A stretch of 63,967 nt of DNA, filler included, from Octopus bimaculoides (Eukaryota), in NCBI RefSeq assembly GCF_001194135.2. It is 7 parts of 7 records of this genome, joined end to end, with 100 filler letters (N's around TTAATTAATTAA, not from the genome) between each part and the next. Parts side by side here need not be neighbours in the genome. Positions count along the whole stretch, not along the records: positions 1 to 26,808 come from NC_069002.1; 6 more parts are not named here. One strand, given 5' to 3'. Under the pieces are notes generated by a model. It was given only the letters and a program-made list of their open reading frames with translations. It was not told where the DNA came from and did no database searches. Numbering within the stretch: the stretch's first letter is position 1; every line of letters begins with the position of its first letter. Positions 14,662 through 26,147 of this stretch are shown here, piece by piece. The translations under genes and the position numbers were made by a program.

Positions 14662-15451
14662 GCAATACACACGGACATAAATCTAGATTGATATAAAAGA
14701 ATAACAATGACGTTATTGAATCAATAAAAACGACGGAAGAAAATTTCACCCTCCGCCCCACACCCGATAAACGGAGAAGAATTTAGAGAAAAACTAATAA
14801 CTTTCATAGTTTGGTCTGCTGTCATCTGTCACAGGACCTTAGCCTTCTTAAAGACATAGTAAAGACTTTCTAGAAAAATCATCGAAACCACAATATTTAG
14901 ATGAGAAAAAACACAAAACAAACTTTATGGCTGTCAAAAATTTCCTGAATGGTTGTGAATATACGCGCGTTCGTGGCTATGAGGTAAGAAGCTTTTTTCT
15001 CAACCACATGGTTTCGAGTCTTGCATCTTGGACAAGTATTTTCAATATCTCTATTCATATACATCATATATGTGCATGTATATGTATGAATATATATTAT
15101 ATGTATGCGCATGGTTGTGTGTATGTGCTTCCAAGTCCCAAAACCATCATACCACACCACACACCACCATACCACACAACACATCATATCACAAGACACC
15201 ACCACGCACACACCAGCACTGACCACTTCCCAGCCCCACATTTTCACACCTACACATACACACACGCACACGTCAAGGTCACCAGCCCTCTTCCACACGC
15301 ACATACAAACTCTCTTATACACACGCACGCGCACCTTCGTTTTGGGATCACGACGACTTTATTATCTCCCCTTCTCCATAGCTCTCCTGTGTGATCCTTC
15401 TGTCTGACATTCGCCATGATAGATCGCTAGCCACTACACATTCTTTATTTT

Positions 15452-15600
15452 CTCTCCTTGTTTCTTTCTGTGTTCCTTTCTGTGGAAGAGCGTAGGCTCG
15501 AAACATTGAAGACCTTTTCCCTCCCGAGCGTCATACTAATACATCTGTTTGTTGTCTACACCACCTGTCTTCGTCTTTTGTTTTTTTGTGAATTCTCCCT
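15452..15600 (+). mobile_element. PLE-type terminal repeat fragment with variant HHR (HHR family 2)
   Basis: Homologous to 30873-31026 (minus). Contains CTGTGGA-A-GAGC-GTAG-GCTC-GAAAC-ATT and ends in TTCTCCC(TA)n. Confidence 0.55.
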
Positions 15601-16159
15601 ATATATATATATATATGAGAGACTCCTGGTTACAGGAGCGGTATATATATATGTCACGGAGCATAGAAGTGCACTGGAGGACTTGATACGTAACTAGATT
15701 TTCAGGATCAGCAGTAAGTACCGCATACCGCTCCTGTAACCAGGAGTCTCTCATACAAAGTCCATCAAACAGGGATATGTTAGCATGCGGATTTCGAGAC
15801 AGGTATCAGTCATAATAAGCACAGAAAATGTAATTCAGATTTTTAACGTTATAGAGCATACACGTCTTCAGTAAATCAACTTTTGTTAATAGGCAAGGTA
15901 ATTAGCCAGATGTCATAAAACAATTGAATCACCTCCTATGTGTTCACAGTGAATGTTGCTGGAGAGGATCGATTTTGGCGGTACAGCTAAATTATTCATT
16001 TATAATTTTGTACATATAATTTATATCACGTAGTAGTCACGAACTAACGAACTGTGTCACGATTTCCACTGCCTTTTTGTACCACAAATATATACATACC
16101 CCACAAGTATATAATATATGTATGTATGTATGTATGTATTATGTATATATCTATATATC

Positions 16160-16199
<40 letters not shown>

Positions 16200-16354
16200 C
16201 GTGTGTGTGTGTGTATAAATATATAAAATTCATGCAGACAGTAGTTTGCAATACTTCACCAAAAAGGAAGACTATAATCGTAACTAAATGTGACTAGGGT
16301 GTCAGAAACACCTACACACACATAAACATATACACGCACACACACACACACACA

Positions 16355-16395
<41 letters not shown>

Positions 16396-17570
16396 ACACA
16401 CATAATGACACTTAGAATGAACTGCACCCATCTTAAGTTAAAGTCCTGCAATCTTCAGCCGAATTTCATACATCTTATAAATAATTAAATAACTCTTTTG
16501 TATCACATTTCACACTTGCCTCAGACTTTCATCTTTTTAACATTACATATGAGTTCTAATTGCCATTTTCTTACCCTCACCAGTCGTTCCCGCCACCGCC
16601 ACCACCACCCGCAAAGGCTTCCACTGCTCGCTTCCTTTCGTCTGTATTGTATTCTATATTCATTTCTACTTCTCTCTCCTCATATTTTTCACCTCATCAA
16701 CACTAAAACTACTGCAAGCGTCACCAACATCACCTTCATTATCATCATCATCATCATCGTCGTCGCCGTCATCGTCGTCGTCGTTGTAGTTGTCATCATC
16801 ATCATCATCATCATCGTCATCACCATCGTCATCATCTTCGTCGACGTCGCTATCATCATCATTATTGCCATATTCCTCTCTACTACTCCTAGAACATTGT
16901 TGCTATCGTAATGGCCCGAAGGAAAACATTTCCCTTTGCATAATCCCATTTTCAGTCTTTTGCTTTTTTTTCCTTCATGAATAGGATTTCATTGCAACCC
17001 ACCCCACTTTATCTTTTTAATACACATATGCACACTTCCATATGTATGCTCTGATATATATATATATATATTTATTTATATATATATACATATATAAATA
17101 TATATGTATATATAAATATACATATATAAATATATATATATATNNNNNNNNNNNNNNNNNNNNNNNNNNNNNNNNNNNNNNNNNNNNNNNNNNNNNNNNN
17201 NNNNNNNNNNNNNNNNNNNNNNNNNNNNNNNNNNNNNNNNNNNNNNNNNNNNNNNNNNNNNNNNNNNNNNNNNNNNNNNNNNNNNNNNNNNNNNNNNNNN
17301 NNNNNNNNNNNNNNNNNNNNNNNNNNNNNNNNNNNNNNNNNNNNNNNNNNNNNNNNNNNNNNNNNNNNNNNNNNNNNNNNNNNNNNNNNNNNNNNNNNNN
17401 NNNNNNNNNNNNNNNNNNNNNNNNNNNNNNNNNNNNNNNNNNNNNNNNNNNNNNNNNNNNNNNNNNNNNNNNNNNNNNNNNNNNNNNNNNNNNNNNNNNN
17501 NNNNNNNNNNNNNNNNNNNNNNNNNNNNNNNNNNNNNNNNNNNNNNNNNNNNNNNNNNNNNNNNNNNNNN

Positions 17571-17623
<53 letters not shown>

Positions 17624-18121
17624 ACTCAAACACACATTCACACACAGACACGGACACACACACACACGCGGGCACGGACACACATAGAAACACTTAAATA
17701 TATACATACACTGTGAAATATGGAACCAAATACAACATACAAACACGTGAAAAAGAACAAATATAACGCATTTTTATCCCCATTGAGCAGAAATCATTTT
17801 GGTAAAATTTATCATTTGCATTACTATTAGAATCTTCTCAATTCAAAGGGAACATATTAATAAAAAAAATAAAATAAGATAAAAAATAACATATTAATAC
17901 TACTACTACTACTACTAATAATAATAACAATAATAACAATAATAACAATAATAATATGGGCGCCATGCCTACAAGCGTTTTTGTTCTTTTTTCCCAAAAA
18001 TTACGAGGCGTTGAAAATAATGTTTTGATGCTATATTACTGTAAAATACCGGCTAACATTATGTATTATGTATTATACATGATCATGATCATCATTATCA
18101 TCATAAATATGTTTGTTGTTG

Positions 18122-18167
<46 letters not shown>

Positions 18168-18668
18168 GTGTGCTTGACATGTGCGGGCGGTTTTGCAGTA
18201 CTCTGATAGAATTAAGGGGTATTAATAGTCTCTGCTGAATGAAAAAATTAGTCCTGTTTTAGATTATCTTACATAGAGTGAGATGTTGGAAGGTCGTCAC
18301 GTCTCTTTCAATACCTGATATAGACAGAAGGTCTGAATTTAAACATAGTTTTAGCTTTTCCCAAATTTGTCGTTTTTACAATAGTTTTTAATACTGGAGG
18401 AGTAGTAACAGATAGTAACAAGAAATGAAGTAGCAATGAATACACCCGTTTGTAAAAAGTATTCATTGCTATTCTTTTCTTGTTTGTAGATGTTAAAAGA
18501 AATCGCTGAACACACACTAAAACGAATTTAAAAAGAAAGGATGAATAGAATTCAAAAGATTTATAGCAAAACTCAAAAACTTACACGAAAATATCACTTC
18601 TGCAAACAATATCACTAATGCAAGCGGTTTCAGAGATATATTTGGTAGCAACAAAATCAACAATAATG

Positions 18669-18700
<32 letters not shown>

Positions 18701-19321
18701 GACACACACACATATGCAGGCATGCAATCACACAGTCACACGCACAAACGTATACAAACATACATACACAAAAATATACACACACATGCACATACACAGC
18801 ACACATTCTACTGAACGAAAATAATTTTACATTTTTAATATCAGCAACAAATGTAGAAAACTCGCTCTCTTTGATTTCGCTATTCTCAACGGACCAATTC
18901 TAGATGTAGGCCATCTAGCTGAAAAAAAAAAACTTCAATTTGGCAGTACTATGTAACCAAAGTAAGCGCGATTTTGCCTGGAGCAACACACAAAAGCGAG
19001 AAATGGTAAATGGTTTCTTTATAAATTTCCAAACTTTTGATGGGTTTTCCTGTGCCCTCACAACTAAAGTTGGGGATAGCCCTAGGCGATAAAATGGGGT
19101 AGGTTATAAGAAACTATAGATATTGTTTAAAACTAAAGAAACTGTGAAGATTCGAACTAAACAAATGCCTCACATAGAGTAGAGTCCAGTACATAGGACG
19201 AAGAAATACGAGGGTCACCGTAAAAAACATTGGAGATGATGTTACTTTTGGCTCGTTGCCACTTTGCAACATGTTATGAATAGAGGGTGAATAGTGAACG
19301 ATTGTCAACGATATGTTGCTT

Positions 19322-19500
19322 CAGTTCTATATTTAAGAGATGAGGAATTATGTACATTATTTACATTATTTATATTTGTCGGATATTTGTCCTCATCTTG
19401 TTTGTTGTTAACAGAACGTTTCGGTTGATATACCCTTCAGCCTTCATCAGGTGACTTGGGGAAATTTCAAACCTGGGCTCTCATTCCTAAAGTATTCTTC
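19322..19500 (-). mobile_element. Inverted copy of the HHR-bearing tail of the 19611 element
   Basis: Reverse complement aligns with 19742-19886 and continues to ...TACATAATTCCTCATCTCTTAAATATAGAACTG. Confidence 0.85.
19410..19455 (-). ncRNA. Type I minimal hammerhead ribozyme motif, damaged copy
   Basis: RNA GUCAC-CUGAUGA-A-GGCUG-(10 nt)-CAACC-GAAAC-GUU-CUGUU. Core intact; mismatches in helices I and II. Confidence 0.6.
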
Positions 19501-19529
19501 TTCTTCTTCTTCTTCTTCTTCTTCTTCTT

Positions 19530-19593
<64 letters not shown>

Positions 19594-19610
19594 CTACGCC
19601 ATATGCCCGT

Positions 19611-19706
19611 GGCATATGGCGTAGTGGTAAAGAGCACGAGCTACTAATCCTAAGATTCCGAGTTCGATTCCAGGCAGTGACCTGAATAATTATAGTAATA
19701 ATATTG

Positions 19707-19739
<33 letters not shown>

Positions 19740-19886
19740 TCGAAAAATACCTTAGGAATGAGAACCCAGGTTCGAAACTTCCCCAAGACACCTGATGAAG
19801 GTTGGAGGGTATATCAGCCGAAACGTTGTGTTAACAACAAAGAAGATGAGGACAGATATCCGTCAAATGTAAATAATGTAAATAAT
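19611..19886 (+). mobile_element. tRNA-headed SINE-like element with (AAT)n spacer and HHR-bearing PLE-type tail
   Basis: A-box TGGCGTAGTGG and B-box GAGTTCGATTCC within 19611-19682, then (AAT)n, then the tail containing the HHR at 19787-19832. Confidence 0.75.
19787..19832 (+). ncRNA. Type I minimal hammerhead ribozyme motif (HHR family 1)
   Basis: GACAC-CUGAUGA-A-GGUUG-(GAGGGUAUAU)-CAGCC-GAAAC-GUU|GUGUU. Helix I GACAC/GUGUU, helix II GGUUG/CAGCC, helix III reduced to the palindrome AACGUU. Confidence 0.75.
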
Positions 19887-20589
19887 GATATATTGCTTGA
19901 TGGGGGGTTACTTTGGATATACGAGTCCTGATAATATAAATAAGTAGAAAAGCATTATCGGCATTATGTCCGCAGTAGGTGCAGAGTAAACAGCCTCAAG
20001 GCTAGCAAGTGCACACTAGAAAGCACAGCTACTAAGCTTATGTGTAAGTTTGAGGACTTTCAGCTTAGAATAACTAGAGAAGCTGGAAAAAGGAAGGAAC
20101 AACATAGACAGCAATAGCAATGTCAAGCAACAATGATCCTGTTTTCAGGTCACCGAGAGAATTAACCCTGGAAACTGTAGAAGTGATTACCTCTTGCCTA
20201 GTCTTAAGAAGCGATGGCGAAAAGGTGATCAGGAAACCAACGACCAGGAAGTCCACGATCACGGGACCAAGGCTTGATATTGCTCTTCCTGTCTATATTG
20301 TTCTTTCCTTTTTTTTTCAGCTTCCCTAGCTCTTCTCAGCTGAAAATCCTCACACTTGCACATAAAGTTAGCAGATATGCTTTATGGTTTGCACTTGTGA
20401 GGCTTAAGGCTACTCAAATTCAACGTAGCAGCATTTGGAGCAAGTAAAGAAATATCAATTAGTATTAATTAATAATAATATCAATTATCAAATAAAGAAT
20501 TATTAATTAGTTTATAGGGATATGTAGAGGTAGAATAATTAGCGTGTCGAAGAAAATACCTTGTGGTATTTAGCTACATCTCTCTTTAT

Positions 20590-20717
20590 TCCAAATTCAA
20601 ATCTCGTCTTTCATCTTCCGGAACCTATAAAATAAAGTACCAGTGAATTACTGGGGTCGATGACATCGGCTGTACACCTGTCCTCAAATTTATGGCCATG
20701 TGCTTACGTTAAAAGCT
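20590..20717 (+). mobile_element. Degenerate SINE fragment, family B
   Basis: TCTTTCATCTTCCGGAACCTATAAAATAAAGTACCAG...TACTGGGGTCGAT matches the family B body. Confidence 0.6.
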
Positions 20718-21031
20718 ATATTTTCCAACATTATGACTACTGTCAGAGAAAGTTTAGTTCTTCAGTTTAGACTAAATTTGGTTTGGAAAGAAATTAATTC
20801 TTTCTTTCATTCTTCGCAACAGAAAAATATGTCAAATGTTTGATTTCTGCTTCCAGCTTTCACGACCTCACATCACATAATTAAGGAGACAGTTAATTGA
20901 GAGAAATACGCGACACTTGTAATTTCCGGTCAATATTAGAAGTCTTTTCGAAATAACAATTAGAAACATTCAGGAAATTTGTTATGTGGAAGCCAAATTT
21001 ATTTTGATTATGGGGTAACAAATTTGTGCTG

Positions 21032-21095
<64 letters not shown>

Positions 21096-21699
21096 GGACT
21101 CTGCTCGTGGATTTCAAAAAGGAAGGACGTGTGTTCGTGAGCTGTAAGTTTTTGTTCAAATTTTACAGATAATATTGTTGTACGTGAAAATTTTTGCGAC
21201 ATTTATGTGGCCAGGCCGACGAGGCTCTTGCTGAGCTGAGCGATTAGATGGGACTTTTCTCCTTTTGAGGCGAACTTTCAATTTAAATTCTCCATTTTTT
21301 ACCATTTTTCAATTTTAAAATTTGTAAAAAATCTTGCAGAAGCCTGTCAGCTCTTCCTTTCTTTCTGATTTCCTCCCTCTGATGTCGGAAAACAACCAAA
21401 ACAAAGTTTGAAAATTAATTGTCTCCGTCCACTCCGCGCTTTAAAACGCAGGGAGAGGGACGACCAAACCTTGCTAGCACGTGCAACGCTGAGCAACGGA
21501 AGGAAAAAAGAAGAAAAGAAAGGCAAGAAAGAAGAGGAAAAGAGCAAGGAAATTCAGCTAATGGACGCTGCTAGCGTCCAACACCTGTGAATCCAAGCCC
21601 TCTCACTACCACCACTAACACTAACACATTGAAGACATACTTAACAACAACAACCCAATGCATTAAATAGCCGAGGCTTTGCTATTGAAGCAAAACGTA

Positions 21700-22400
21700 G
21701 GAGTGAATTCATTAATATATCTGTAGAATCTCTCAAAGACTACAGAAACATTTTAAAAAGAAAAAGCAAAAGATGTGTCTTGATTAACACACCTCCAGAT
21801 CTTATAGATAATACAAACAAACGTACCATAGTGTATAAAACTATATCTTAAAAAATAGACGTTTAGAAGCTGTCACAAAGCGAGCAGTTGAAAATGCTTG
21901 CAACCAATCTGGAAAGACGTAACATATCTATCGTGGGGAAAGAAATATGGCACAATTGAAGTCAGATTTGCTACAGAAGACGCAGAAAAACAGCACTCAA
22001 CAGCTCAGCTGTGAAACAGTGAACTTGTCCTAGTTCCAACATACTTGGTACGGCGCGTCGCCAAAATGAAAATACTGGAGACATCACCTGAAATGAACGC
22101 TTGCTAGATTGTCGCAGCCGTCCTCCTCGATTTGGAAGATAAAATCAGAATCATCCAAGTCGAGCAAATTTCGACCCACTGGAACTACTCCTTCCCGTCT
22201 CTGACCACTCAGACATGTTGTGCGGAGAGGCCGACAGAATTGCGTGGGCAGAAGTCACACGTAAAAGACTAAGAAAATGGCTCAACAGTACACCAACAAA
22301 TAAAAAAGCAGCACCTAAAAACAGCAATCAAAATCACCCGAAAACAACAACAACACACCAACACCCACGCTTTGAACACCACCACTGTTACAGAAGACAG
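21700..22400 (+). pseudogene. Degenerate ORF1 (gag-like, RRM-type) of an L1/Tx1-like non-LTR retrotransposon
   Basis: Frames joined across stops and shifts read ...NTNKRTIVYKT..NRRLEAVTKRAVENACNQ..HIYRGKKYGTIEVRFATEDAEK..LVPTYLVRRVAKMKI.... Preceded by a CpG-richer 5' region from about 21190. Family assignment is inference. Confidence 0.45.
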
Positions 22401-22462
22401 CAGCCTGCTGTCAAAAGTCTCACAAGGTCTCTTTCTGCACATTATAAGGTTTGGTACTTGGC

Positions 22463-22520
<58 letters not shown>

Positions 22521-23172
22521 TCACTGAGGAATATTGTGGACGTCATTTTTTTTTACCAGGCTGTGTAAATTTCAGCTCAAACCATTATTTTCATCCATTT
22601 GGTATCTGTATATGTCTAATTATAATTAGACATAATTATCGGTGTCTATTGTCATTGAGAGCACTTTTGACTGGAGTTCTGTGTTTGTTTTCAGGCCCTC
22701 ACGTGGCAAATTTTGCCCCTGAATGAACGCTTGGGTAGCGTTAAGAGAGGAGAAATGTTTCTGTTAGTATTGACTTCGCCAAAACGACCAACAAGTCCCT
22801 TGTGGTGGGGAGACATCTGGCGGCGGATTACGTTCATCCCTCATAGTCAACTGTGACAGACAAAATTAATCAGATAATATTTAGCAGACAAAATACCCAA
22901 TCCGGTTTAGATTAAATATTTCGTTCAGAGAAATGGAATTCCAATTTGGATTAATCCGCGATATTCTACAGAAATCAAAAAACTGCTTGGTTGTGTCATG
23001 GCTGTGCCAAATGATTATTAACAAAATTATTGTATTGATTGTGGTTTGTCCTTTTGTCTATTTTTGTAGAAACATTTCATTCATAGCATGAATGGTATAA
23101 TCGTAAAGTGAGATTCGTTCAATGAACTTTATGCAGACGATTTGCAGGTGTTGTATTTTGAGTTTGTGGAAA

Positions 23173-23300
23173 GATTAGAGGATCGGAAAAATGTTTTGTG
23201 GTATTCGTTTTGTTTCCGTACATTCTGAGTTCGAATACCACCGGGATCAGTTTTGGCTTTCGTCCCTCCAGGATCGATAAAATAAAATACCAGTAAAAAA
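23173..23300 (+). mobile_element. Degenerate SINE, family B
   Basis: CATTCTGAGTTCGAATAC...GGATCGATAAAATAAAATACCAG. Confidence 0.6.
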
Positions 23301-23446
23301 TTGAATTTGTACCTCAACCAGAAACCATTATTGCTGTTTAGCCCATGTCGATTTCCATCATGACATAACTATCATCAAAAGCGTTCTAACAGTTACAATC
23401 GCGAATATCAGGTACCATTATTTTCAACTATCCAACATGTCGTTCC

Positions 23447-23490
<44 letters not shown>

Positions 23491-23492
<2 letters not shown>

Positions 23493-23830
23493 CTGAGACC
23501 CCCACATCGGTCATGACTGACCATGGGATTGCACTTAGAAAGTTACCCTCCCTGGCACAAGTCCAGGCAAGATTATTTCATGGAAGACCAGTAGTCGCCC
23601 ATGCATACCGGCCTCTCCTCTCCACACCACCCGTGTTATCCAAGGGAAAAGCAAAGGGGCCGATACAGCTGGGCACCTGTGACGTCGCAACTCATTTCTA
23701 CAGCTGAGTGAACTGGAGCAACGTGAAATAAAGTGTCTTGCTCAAGAACACAACACGCAGCCCAGTCCGGGATTCGAACTCACAACCTTACGATCGTAAG
23801 CTCGACGCTCTAACTACTGAGCGATGCGCC

Positions 23831-23835
<5 letters not shown>
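23491..23835 (-). mobile_element. tRNA-derived SINE, family C body with a different 3' tail
   Basis: Minus-strand head GTGAAGGCGC...GTGAGTTCGAATCCC and body TGTTCTTGAGCAAGACACTTTATTTCACGTTGCTCCAG are shared with 58933-59256; the 3' part differs. Confidence 0.8.
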
Positions 23836-23870
<35 letters not shown>

Positions 23871-25712
23871 CACACACACACATATTCAAATATGTATGAG
23901 AAGCAGCCCGAGGGATATAATCAACATTGGACACACATACACAAGGTATGTGCTTTGTCAGTTCATGGGCATGCTGTGAATTAGGCGTAAGAAACAAAAC
24001 ATATACCTTGTGTGTGTGTGTTCGATATTGTTTACATATAGAATGGTGACGAACTATAAGCTCTGTCCCTGCTGTAAGAATACTTGAAGGTCTTTACTAA
24101 TCTAAACAATACTGTTAGCTTGGTGTGCCAACAAAGAGCTCATGAAGTATTTTGCCCGGATTGATAATCCTCCACAAACATCTCTCCTTAATCGAATACT
24201 TAGTCTTGAGAGATTCTCTCATGTAGGCGCTTGGTGGATAATAGCACGCTCACAGATAGTAGCAAGGAGAAGAGAGTTCAGAGAGAAGTACTGCCCACCA
24301 TCCGTAATTTTGTGGAAAGGTTGATGAACATGTTTGATGAACAGTGTAGGCCCGTGTGAATGGACCTACACTGAGCAAGCAGCTGTAGGCCGGAGAGAAT
24401 GAAGAGGAGAGGGGCATCTGCCTAAGGTGTCCTTGGCGATCGGGATGTCCAGGATGCGTGGGGTTCTTTTGTTGCCTCCGCCCCACTCTTGAGGAAGTTC
24501 TTATTGCCTAATATTTTATTGCTTATTGCTTAATATTTTATTCTTGATTCTTCCTACAAGACAGCAGTCACTATTCAGCTACGATCTATGTGTATGCTTT
24601 TATTCACCAAGCGCCTGTATAAGAGAATCATTCAAGGCTATTAGCGCATGCTTCGAAATCAGTTGGATATCAAGAACATCTTTTAGTATTAATACTGCCT
24701 CTGTCACTAATGATTAACACACCTACNNNNNNNNNNNNNNNNNNNNNNNNNNNNNNNNNNNNNNNNNNNNNNNNNNNNNNNNNNNNNNNNNNNNNNNNNN
24801 NNNNNNNNNNNNNNNNNNNNNNNNNNNNNNNNNNNNNNNNNNNNNNNNNNNNNNNNNNNNNNNNNNNNNNNNNNNNNNNNNNNNNNNNNNNNNNNNTATA
24901 TATACATATATATATATATATACAGACATATAAATATATATACATATACATACATAGTTCTATTGCATTTAATTTATTTTAATTTACTTTGACTTGCACA
25001 TTTCATTTTTATTTTTAGTGTTTCCTAATTAATTCAAATTTAATGTTTTCACCTTAAGTTATCGTAAACATATTGCAATTATCTGAAATTTTTCAACTTT
25101 ACATATTTATTCCTTTAAGAAAAACGATCACTTCTAAATAGAATATATTCATTGGTAATTAATTTACTTCTTATTTCCTTTGGGATTTACTCTAAATAAT
25201 CCATTTGCCATCCAACGCTTATATATAAAATTTATACTGGTCTAATAACATTTCGTTATGAAGTAAATAATATAATTCATCATAATTTCTTTATCCATTT
25301 TGTTACCACTATATATTTGTTGAGTTGAATAACGATTTCAGAGCGGTAGAAATTTAAATACTGCTTTAACCTAACAATTCCTAAGTAGGTCTGCTGATAG
25401 AAATACCTATAAGTTGTTCTAGCAAAAGCTGTTAAGTTTACTACTGCCTATATCCCTTAAATTGTTCTCTGCGTTCTATTCCAAGTTGATTGGGGAAGCT
25501 TTATGAAAGATATGATATTATAAGGTATCAACTATATAGAATCCTAGTCGATTAAAATGGATCAATAAATATACATGATCAATAAATCGCGGAATATGTA
25601 ATACTAATGTATCCGAAACGCGTGTAAGCTGATTAAAACTGTAAGTCGGTATTCTTTGGCAGTAATTATAGCTAAACCTTTATATGCACACATACATACA
25701 TACATACATACA

Positions 25713-25748
<36 letters not shown>

Positions 25749-25758
25749 TGTATATATG

Positions 25759-25795
<37 letters not shown>

Positions 25796-25804
25796 CTATA
25801 TATG

Positions 25805-25871
<67 letters not shown>

Positions 25872-26048
25872 NNNNNNNNNNNNNNNNNNNNNNNNNNNNN
25901 NTATATATATATATATATATGTATGTGATCTTATATATTTTGTGATCTTATTCTGAACTTATTCGACAAGCCCCGAAATGTTAACTGATGTACAACGTGG
26001 ATTGCAATGATTTTCTCTAGCTAATTTGATTAGCTGTTTTGTTGTGCC

Positions 26049-26081
<33 letters not shown>

Positions 26082-26094
26082 GTCTCTCTGTCTG

Positions 26095-26147
<53 letters not shown>

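Noticed and set aside
19208-19230. TACGAGGG mariner-TIR-like start (a reverse instance at about 49612-49626)
   Set aside because: No matching partner TIR within a plausible distance on the same segment.
19611-19682. Functional tRNA gene
   Set aside because: A and B boxes are present but I could not form an acceptor stem; treated as a SINE head.
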